Shown here: piece after piece, positions 57,197-64,000 of the stretch
How the letters are laid out: every line of letters starts with the position of its first letter
How positions within the stretch are numbered: the stretch's first letter is position 1
IMG/VR virus record: IMGVR_UViG_3300010163_000001
Span: 128,001 to 192,000 of that record
Direction: 5' to 3' (one strand)
DNA length: 64,000 nt
From: a virus
Taxonomy: Duplodnaviria; Caudoviricetes
Made by a program: the position numbers and the translations under genes
Notes under the pieces: generated by a model
Database searches by the model: none
Told to the model about the DNA's origin: nothing
What the model saw: the letters and a program-made list of their open reading frames with translations, nothing else

Positions 57197-57913
57197 TCAG
57201 GACTCCGTATCTTCTTTCCCCTTATCAGGGTTCATTTCCAAGACATTATTAAATCCAGGATATATATTAAGTTCTTTTAATATGATATCTCCAGATTTTT
57301 CAAGAAATGCATCTGCAGAAAATTTAAAAGTGTGAGGTGAATGAATCAACTTATGTAATTCAATTCTACGCGTAATATTATTAAACCATGTTTGATAACA
57401 TAATGTTAGCCTCAACCGATCTCCTGCGTTATTTAATGTAGATTCATCTTCCGGTTCAATATAGTTTTTAATAGTAGCCAATATGACAGTTAAATCAAAG
57501 CCATAAAATAAAGCATAAACAATGGCTTCCATTTCTTTTATGTTTCCTACAAAATTATTTTTGTTTACGTATATCTTCGTATCCCATCCGATTGCTTGAT
57601 TTAACTTTTCACTAAGAAAGCCATTATAACATTCACTAATGCACATCTTGTTTTTTCCATCTAAAATAAGTTTCTTTCTGAGCAGATCTATATCTTTAAT
57701 TTTCCAGAATTCATTATCTGCATTTTCTACCACTTTGATACATGGGATAACTTCTATGACTGCTTCTTTGAATTCTTTCTCACACAATTTAAAGAGTGGA
57801 TCTGATGTAGAAATGTCTCTTTTTGGAATATCTTTAACGATTGAGAGATATTCCATTAGTTCATCAAAAGCTATTGTAATCATGGATATTGATAAATTCT
57901 CAAGGTCACACAT
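57197..57913 (-). CDS. hypothetical protein
   Basis: GAGGTG RBS. Confidence 0.7.
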   Translation of the reverse strand: MCDLENLSISMITIAFDELMEYLSIVKDIPKRDISTSDPLFKLCEKEFKEAVIEVIPCIKVVENADNEFWKIKDIDLLRKKLILDGKNKMCISECYNGFLSEKLNQAIGWDTKIYVNKNNFVGNIKEMEAIVYALFYGFDLTVILATIKNYIEPEDESTLNNAGDRLRLTLCYQTWFNNITRRIELHKLIHSPHTFKFSADAFLEKSGDIILKELNIYPGFNNVLEMNPDKGKEDTES

Positions 57914-57928
57914 ATTTTGTTATTCACC

Positions 57929-58666
57929 TCATTTGTTTTCTTCACTTTCGCATTTAGCACCTTCCGCCAGTAATGGTTCTATCTCAGAGATAATTTTCTT
58001 GTGTATTTCTGGTATAGGAAGTAAATTTTTCTTATCATCTTCACATGATATAATTATCATATCCATGATATCTGCAATCTTTAATCCAAACTTCCTTGTT
58101 TTCTTCAGAAATTTCTCATTTCTTTCATTTTTATCTAACTTATTTCGATTTTTAATTAGAGTATTTGCATTCTTATTACTCATATGCAAATAAATCTCTT
58201 TTGATGGATTTGGAAGATCAAATATTCCGTATTCTAAGCCGACAACCTGTTCTAAGAAATATAAACGGTTTTTCTTAGGTAATCTCCATCCATTACTAAT
58301 TACATTGGATGAAACATATCGATCCATAACGATCCAGATTCCTTGCTCAAGTTTTTCTTTTATATTTAACTTTCGAATTGTCACGAGTCTATCAAAAGCA
58401 AACAATGCTGATATCTCCAATGGTTCTAACTCTCCCATCTCATCATTTAGGTATTTTTCTACTGGAAGAGCTTGTGGCTCTCCGTAAGATGGGAATGAAA
58501 TTAACTCATTTTTAATACCATTAGCTGTCAAATACTCAGACAACATTTTTGATTGTTCTGCTTTTCCTACGCCGTCGCAACCTTCAATTACAATTAACTT
58601 TCCTTTCATTTTCTTTTCACATTTTTCTTTTAACTGATCATTGCACTTATTGCATTCACTAGACAT
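57929..58666 (-). CDS. tmk: thymidylate (dNMP) kinase
   Basis: IVIEGCDGVGK P-loop, SFP, LFAFDR, MDRYVSS; start uncertain (MSSEC or MKGKL). Confidence 0.88.
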   Translation of the reverse strand: MSSECNKCNDQLKEKCEKKMKGKLIVIEGCDGVGKAEQSKMLSEYLTANGIKNELISFPSYGEPQALPVEKYLNDEMGELEPLEISALFAFDRLVTIRKLNIKEKLEQGIWIVMDRYVSSNVISNGWRLPKKNRLYFLEQVVGLEYGIFDLPNPSKEIYLHMSNKNANTLIKNRNKLDKNERNEKFLKKTRKFGLKIADIMDMIIISCEDDKKNLLPIPEIHKKIISEIEPLLAEGAKCESEENK

Positions 58667-58854
58667 AATCCTAAACCTCCGTATAGTAATATGTTGAATA
58701 AATATACGATCCAATCACTTGCATCACACATTATATCCTTTACTTTTTCTGTTATTTTATTATCCATACAAGTAAGTATGAGTATTAGAAGGAACAGGAT
58801 AATTCCTGCTCCCTCCCATAATTTGCTTATGATTTCCCAGATGTGTGAAATCAT
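58630..58854 (-). CDS. small membrane protein (2 TM)
   Basis: two hydrophobic helices; GAGGA RBS. Confidence 0.6.
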   Translation of the reverse strand: MISHIWEIISKLWEGAGIILFLLILILTCMDNKITEKVKDIMCDASDWIVYLFNILLYGGLGLCLVNAISAMIS

Positions 58855-59135
58855 TTTTTGTCCTCTTCCTTCATCTTGCTGACTTCAGATTCAACTTCTG
58901 CAATTCCCTTAGAGATGTCATTTTCATCAGATTCACTCGATTTCTTTTTCTTCTTTTTCCCTTTCTTTTCAGACAGAATAATTGTCATATCCTTCTCAAT
59001 TTCTTCGACTTTGTAATCATCGTATTCCTCTGGAACCTTACTCATAGAATCATACTTTTTAGATGATTCTCCGACAACTCTGATGGATGGCGCTGTCTGA
59101 TCGTTCATTTTTTCTTTCAACTTTTTAAATTTCAT
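58851..59135 (-). CDS. charged hypothetical protein
   Basis: GGAGG RBS; coupled. Confidence 0.65.
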   Translation of the reverse strand: MKFKKLKEKMNDQTAPSIRVVGESSKKYDSMSKVPEEYDDYKVEEIEKDMTIILSEKKGKKKKKKSSESDENDISKGIAEVESEVSKMKEEDKK

Positions 59136-59463
59136 TTTTATTATCCTCCATATACATTTTTTTTATTATATCATCTGTAACTACGGGATTAACTTTTTCA
59201 TCATCTGTAATTTTTATTCCACAACACTCGTAAATAACTTTTCGCATAAGTTCACTTGTATGGAAATCTACATCAGTATCTGATTTGATGTAGATTTTTG
59301 ATACATCCATATTTAAAATAAATAATTTATATCCAGCTAAGACATTGTCCAATACATCTAATGCTTCTTTAGTTTTTCCGTCTATTATAAGTTTAGCGGC
59401 GTCATTTTCCATTTTTTGAAGAATACATAATGATCCTAACGTTCTTCCTTTATCTTCTCGCAT
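59125..59463 (-). CDS. hypothetical protein
   Basis: GGAGG RBS. Confidence 0.7.
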   Translation of the reverse strand: MREDKGRTLGSLCILQKMENDAAKLIIDGKTKEALDVLDNVLAGYKLFILNMDVSKIYIKSDTDVDFHTSELMRKVIYECCGIKITDDEKVNPVVTDDIIKKMYMEDNKNEI

Positions 59464-59475
59464 TGTTAATTCCTC

Positions 59476-60255
59476 CTATATAATTATTTTTATAATTGGT
59501 AAAATGATGTTTTTATAGTTATATTCAATATTCACTTTTTCTAACATTCGATCATCAATATTTTCTGCCATTATTTCAGAATTCATAAATTGATATCGAA
59601 ATTTACTTTCTATATTAAATTCTCTGTAATAATCAAAGTCTAATTCTTTCCTTTTATATAAATTGACAAATTCGTGTAAGAATTTACTAAGTTCTCTTAA
59701 ATTCATTCTACTTTTCTCTGCAATATCTACTACATATAGAATGAAATTCAAGATACCATTTCTGTGAAGATTAATCAATTTTGTTCTGACACTTTTATCA
59801 CTGGAAAGACCTTTGATATCAAAATCATCTCCTTTCTTAAAATAAAATTCAAATGGCTTGATATATAAAAATGCATGATATTCATTCTTTGGGACAAATT
59901 TGATAAATTCACCAAATTCCGACTTTATTACATGATGATTAATCACGAAACACGCATCTTTCTTGATACTTATAATATCTAAATCTCTATCAATACCATT
60001 CTCATCCATAAATTGATTCATACTGTCGGTAAATGCCTTCTCCAAATTTCTTGATAATATTTTATCTCTGATTTGCATTTTTCCGATTTTAATATCACAT
60101 TCAGATTTAGACAGCTTTTCTAATGTATCTATTTCTTCTTGACTTAAGAGCCGATATTCTTTTATTAAACTTAAACCAGCTCTTTTCATATCCCATTCTG
60201 TGATAATAGAATTCACTTCAAATGGTCTTCCTGTATTTAGTAAATTAATTGAAAT
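59476..60255 (-). CDS. divergent DNA polymerase palm-like subunit (split jumbo-phage PolB-type), probable ATT start
   Basis: EWDMKRAG (motif A-like), SIKKDA (motif C-like), DIKG; GGAGG RBS 7 nt before an in-frame ATT. Confidence 0.5.
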   Translation of the reverse strand: MSINLLNTGRPFEVNSIITEWDMKRAGLSLIKEYRLLSQEEIDTLEKLSKSECDIKIGKMQIRDKILSRNLEKAFTDSMNQFMDENGIDRDLDIISIKKDACFVINHHVIKSEFGEFIKFVPKNEYHAFLYIKPFEFYFKKGDDFDIKGLSSDKSVRTKLINLHRNGILNFILYVVDIAEKSRMNLRELSKFLHEFVNLYKRKELDFDYYREFNIESKFRYQFMNSEIMAENIDDRMLEKVNIEYNYKNIILPIIKIII

Positions 60256-61159
60256 GCTTTCTCCTCCTTCCTTTCTCTTTTACACTTATCTTCATGGATG
60301 GAACTTTTGGACATTCATCATATGGGATATTTAACGCGTCTGGAATAGAATGAATTGCATTTCGTATCATTCGTACACATTTGGAATAAACCAATTTTTT
60401 TGCATCCATGCGTTCTTCTTCTGGAAGATATTCAAATGTGGTCTTTAAGTTTACAATTGTAAACTCTTTCAAAAAAGTATCTTCTGACTTTCCATATTCC
60501 TTAATTCTTGAGTAATTGTAAAAGGATACACGAAAATTAATAATTGAAACCGCGGTTCTGTGTTTTTCTGTTACATATATATTGATCTTGCTGTCTAATC
60601 CATCATTTTCGACTATACCTTTAGTAAACATATCTGCAGATATATTGCAATGCTGATGTGTTACTTTCATACTAGAAATATGAGGTATTTTACATTTTAA
60701 TACTGCTGGATCATTATTTGTATTGGAATTAGATTGAACATTTCTCGTCTTTTTGATTTCTACCACTTTTGGCGGCTCCGGCTCATCCATATATGGAAAA
60801 ATAGTTTTCATTGTTTGTATACACTCTTTTTTATATGCTTCCCGCACTTCAAAATATGGAGGCACTATTTGCATTGCTTCGAACGGATTTGATTCCATTT
60901 GATCCATAATCGTTTCCATAAATTTCTTCTTATAGTCCTTCGACCAGTGATACCTCCAATGAACGTCATATGCATCTGCCAACTGATGATTAAATAACCC
61001 AATTACATTGGTTATTTTTGAGAATTGTTTGTCCTGCTCATAATTCTTAAATTCTTTATGTTTAATTGCATCTATTATGAAATCTCTTACTTTTGTTATT
61101 TCATTCATCATTTCGTTGATTACTTTATCATTTAAATCCGCTCCAATAATTTCAATCAT
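60245..61159 (-). CDS. hypothetical protein
   Basis: AAGGAG RBS. Confidence 0.7.
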   Translation of the reverse strand: MIEIIGADLNDKVINEMMNEITKVRDFIIDAIKHKEFKNYEQDKQFSKITNVIGLFNHQLADAYDVHWRYHWSKDYKKKFMETIMDQMESNPFEAMQIVPPYFEVREAYKKECIQTMKTIFPYMDEPEPPKVVEIKKTRNVQSNSNTNNDPAVLKCKIPHISSMKVTHQHCNISADMFTKGIVENDGLDSKINIYVTEKHRTAVSIINFRVSFYNYSRIKEYGKSEDTFLKEFTIVNLKTTFEYLPEEERMDAKKLVYSKCVRMIRNAIHSIPDALNIPYDECPKVPSMKISVKEKGRRRKHFN

Positions 61160-61237
61160 GTTTATTTTTCTCCTTTTTAAATTAAATTAGAGAGGGATGA
61201 TGAGAATATCATCATCCCTCGTGTTTCTCTTCAGTTG

Positions 61238-61804
61238 CTATTTTCTAATCTTTTTTCTACGCTTCTTTTCTTTGTCATATTTCTTTTCTGCATCCTTTTC
61301 TAATTTATGAAGTCTCTCTGACAATACGTTTAACTCATCCTCTGATAAAGACTCTCTCAATGCTTTTTTACATTCCTTTGTGTCATCAAGAATATAAACA
61401 AATGGAATGTTTACGTTAAACATTGTTATGAATCTTCTGCGTAACCTTTTCTTATAGGTTTTGAATGCTTTGTTTCTGAGGACAATAAACATATTGATAT
61501 CCCGCTCACATAATCCAGATACCGTAGCAAGAATTGCATTTGTCATAGATACCCCGTTCAGATATCTGTCTTCCAAATCTTCGATTTTATCTAAATCGAT
61601 GATTTCGCTGGAATCAAATGCTTTGTCTGATGTTAATTTCAATAATCTTGCAGGCGGGCAAAACGCATCCATAGTTACAGTATTTGTGAATTTTGATAAT
61701 TTTGCGTCATCATCGTCGGTACCATCAAAAATTATATAATCCTTATACTGTACCAATTTCTTCTTGTTCTTTTCCCATTGCTTCATTGACATGATAAAAA
61801 TCAT
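61238..61804 (-). CDS. hypothetical protein with basic C-terminus
   Basis: GGAGG RBS. Confidence 0.75.
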   Translation of the reverse strand: MIFIMSMKQWEKNKKKLVQYKDYIIFDGTDDDDAKLSKFTNTVTMDAFCPPARLLKLTSDKAFDSSEIIDLDKIEDLEDRYLNGVSMTNAILATVSGLCERDINMFIVLRNKAFKTYKKRLRRRFITMFNVNIPFVYILDDTKECKKALRESLSEDELNVLSERLHKLEKDAEKKYDKEKKRRKKIRK

Positions 61805-62508
61805 TTTTTATCAACCTCCTTAAAATATTTATTCTTTTCAATAATATATCCTTTATCAAATTCCTTTTTTGACTTTTCATAACCTAATGATTCACAATAT
61901 TCTTCTAGTTCTGTTACTGTATTTCCATACCCTATGATTTCCCAGTGATCATCATTTGAAAAAGTAGAACCCATAGGATCAGTATAATAATTTTCTGCTA
62001 CGTATGGAATCTTTTCTAGAAACATTGTTCTCAACTTTTCTACTCCGTTCAAATAACGTTTAATCTTTTCTGGTGAAAGTTGTTCTATCTTAAATCCAAT
62101 TTCTTCTTCCGGTGTATCTGGTTTCCATAATCTCGGATTACTTCCGGAATATTCCGGAAGGTCAGATAAACTGTTATCATCTATATTTAAAATAGACTCG
62201 TCTTCTTCCAGATGAAAGTATATAGGACCAGTATCTCCTAATATTGCTATCTTTGCATCTTGTGGCTGGTTGGTTAAATAAGTAACCAACTCATCCACTG
62301 TTAATCCAGGTGTATACCGCCATTCTTTCTTATTATACATTTTTGTATCTCCTTTCATTTTTAAAATAATTGACATTGCCTTATCACCGTCAAAATCTGC
62401 ATTTACAAGCGCTTTTGCACATTTTATAATATCCATTCCCGATGTATTATGGAGATTAATAATCATGCTCTTAATGTTGTCTAATTCTTCTTTTATTGAT
62501 AAACTCAT
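61801..62508 (-). CDS. hypothetical protein with EF-Ts N-terminal (UBA-like) domain
   Basis: INLHNTSGMDIIKCAKALVNADFDGDKAMSII.KMKG resembles the EF-Ts N-terminus. Confidence 0.55.
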   Translation of the reverse strand: MSLSIKEELDNIKSMIINLHNTSGMDIIKCAKALVNADFDGDKAMSIILKMKGDTKMYNKKEWRYTPGLTVDELVTYLTNQPQDAKIAILGDTGPIYFHLEEDESILNIDDNSLSDLPEYSGSNPRLWKPDTPEEEIGFKIEQLSPEKIKRYLNGVEKLRTMFLEKIPYVAENYYTDPMGSTFSNDDHWEIIGYGNTVTELEEYCESLGYEKSKKEFDKGYIIEKNKYFKEVDKK

Positions 62509-62523
62509 ATAAAATCTCCTTTC

Positions 62524-63312
62524 TTAATAAATAGAATCTGATAATCCATCGAAATCTGGCATTTCAATATTATTCAAATTTGAAATCATTTGATTTTCAA
62601 AATCCTCTAATTCTAAGTTCATGCGTCTTCGTAAATCTAAGAAAGAATATTTCGTTCGACATGAACCATTTTCACATATGAATCCAGTGTAGTTACTGTT
62701 ACACACAAGCTGTCCTCTGCATTTTGGACAACTCATAATGTGTTCATTTCCTTTTATTGGATAAACATACCCAATATCAAGAATTACAATATCCCCATTA
62801 GATCGATATCCATAATTTTCATAATTCTTTAAATCAAAACCTATATCCTCAAAGATATAATTCTTTGATAAATCCTTAAGTATGGTTTTGATCCCATTTT
62901 CATTTAGAAGAAATTCCTGTTTATCCATAAGTGTAACATACTCTTCTACAAGAATTAACATATTACACTCATATGCCTTTATAGCATATTCAGGAATTTC
63001 CAAACTCCTTTTATATTCCGTGAAATTATCAACAAATCCACGGCGATCTAATGCGATTATATAAATTAATCCAGCACCTCCTTTAAATTCCCTTTCTGAA
63101 GATGGATTGTACAGGAACGACATCCGATTCGTTCCTGTGCCAATTTCTTCAAACTCTGGTCCGAGTAATTCTGGTACCATCTCTGCTTTATCATTGTTAT
63201 CTTCAATATCTACTCGACATGCATGGTAATATAACATTTTCAACAAATCTTTTGAAAATATCTGATTAATCAATGATCCAGTTTCTCGATGTTCTCTTGT
63301 CTGGAAAAACAT
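62524..63312 (-). CDS. protein-kinase-like fold protein with C-terminal zinc ribbon
   Basis: IGTGTNR Gly-loop, LVEEYV hinge, D...N catalytic-loop-like, ILDIG (DFG-like), CPKC...C....C. Confidence 0.55.
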   Translation of the reverse strand: MFFQTREHRETGSLINQIFSKDLLKMLYYHACRVDIEDNNDKAEMVPELLGPEFEEIGTGTNRMSFLYNPSSEREFKGGAGLIYIIALDRRGFVDNFTEYKRSLEIPEYAIKAYECNMLILVEEYVTLMDKQEFLLNENGIKTILKDLSKNYIFEDIGFDLKNYENYGYRSNGDIVILDIGYVYPIKGNEHIMSCPKCRGQLVCNSNYTGFICENGSCRTKYSFLDLRRRMNLELEDFENQMISNLNNIEMPDFDGLSDSIY

Positions 63313-63337
63313 TTAATTGAAATTCTCCTTTCCTAAA

Positions 63338-63649
63338 TTAGTATTGATAAAAGCTATCAGGCAATTCTAACTTTAGTATATCTAAGGCTGGCATATATTT
63401 AGGAGTCCAAATATACACATTAATGCCTTCTGAAAGTTTTTCCGGTATCAGAGGAGATTTAAATATTCCTCGATTTTCCAAATTTTCTCTGAAATCTTTA
63501 GATGTGTTTACTATAATATTTTTTCCCTTATATTTTGGATCTTCTGAAAACTGTTTGATGAGTGCTTCTTTTACTTCATCTGCCTGCTCGTCACTCATAC
63601 ATATAATATTCATATCTAATGAATATTCTTTATAATCTTTAAGACTCAT
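63338..63649 (-). CDS. hypothetical protein
   Basis: AAGGTG RBS. Confidence 0.65.
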   Translation of the reverse strand: MSLKDYKEYSLDMNIICMSDEQADEVKEALIKQFSEDPKYKGKNIIVNTSKDFRENLENRGIFKSPLIPEKLSEGINVYIWTPKYMPALDILKLELPDSFYQY

Positions 63650-63663
63650 GTTAACACCTTCCT

Positions 63664-63957
63664 CTAATCCCTATAAATATCCTTTAATCGGAAACTTAGA
63701 GAGTTTTTATCCCTATCCAAATTTATTTTGTTTCCTAATAAAGTTTTTTCTAAAAGTGCATCATTATCCCTCCTTCGTTCTATTCGTTCTCTTTCTTTTC
63801 TAGAACGTTTTCTAACCTTCTTTAATTCCTTCTTTGTCATTGGTTCAGTTGCTCCTATTTGAGAGCGTATCATTTTAACAGATTTCTTATCCATAGAACG
63901 ATTTAACGTACCAATGATATCATAACCGCTTCTCCATAATTCTTTGTAAACTTCCAT
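63664..63957 (-). CDS. basic hypothetical protein; the frame may extend upstream beyond the window
   Basis: ORF in operon. Confidence 0.6.
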   Translation of the reverse strand: MEVYKELWRSGYDIIGTLNRSMDKKSVKMIRSQIGATEPMTKKELKKVRKRSRKERERIERRRDNDALLEKTLLGNKINLDRDKNSLSFRLKDIYRD

Positions 63958-64000
63958 CTGAACTCTATCTTTCTTTCTAACCAGACGATTATTTACAATT

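Noticed and set aside
62385-62405. Exact RNAP catalytic motif NADFDGD in ORF 61801..62508
   Set aside because: It falls in an EF-Ts/UBA-like helix-turn (A.GD..KA) with no double-psi barrel context; the real catalytic loop is GGDYDGD in 49138..50859, so this is probably coincidence
1-64000. Alternative genetic code (stop-codon reassignment)
   Set aside because: Long conserved genes translate intact in code 11, and TAA, TAG and TGA all end genes

Overview
AT-rich segment of a jumbo-phage genome of the phiKZ/AR9(PBS1)-like type. The host is probably a Firmicute, judged from strong GGAGG RBSs, a Gram-positive-type holin and peptidoglycan hydrolases. Most genes are on the minus strand. Recognisable genes: GyrA/GyrB-like topoisomerase II, DHH phosphoesterase, holin, RecD/Dda-like helicase, baseplate proteins, DnaB helicase, SbcD/Mre11 nuclease, a 4.5-kaa tape-measure/lysin protein, split multisubunit RNAP beta- and beta'-like subunits, a sigma-like protein, a shortened PPK1, a dTMP kinase, a PolB-like fragment and a kinase-like protein. 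Best leads: (1) the giant tail protein looks like a polyprotein whose enzyme modules are bracketed by recurring G-[YF]-G motifs and which carries its own C39-like protease; (2) a ~420-nt GC-rich structured non-coding RNA that starts exactly at a phage late-promoter-like motif, plus several smaller structured RNAs and an aberrant tRNA-like element; (3) a -1 frameshift signal joining a baseplate/tail chaperone gene to an unannotated downstream ORF; (4) two recurring promoter-like motifs. All family assignments are from motif recognition by eye; no database searches were run.
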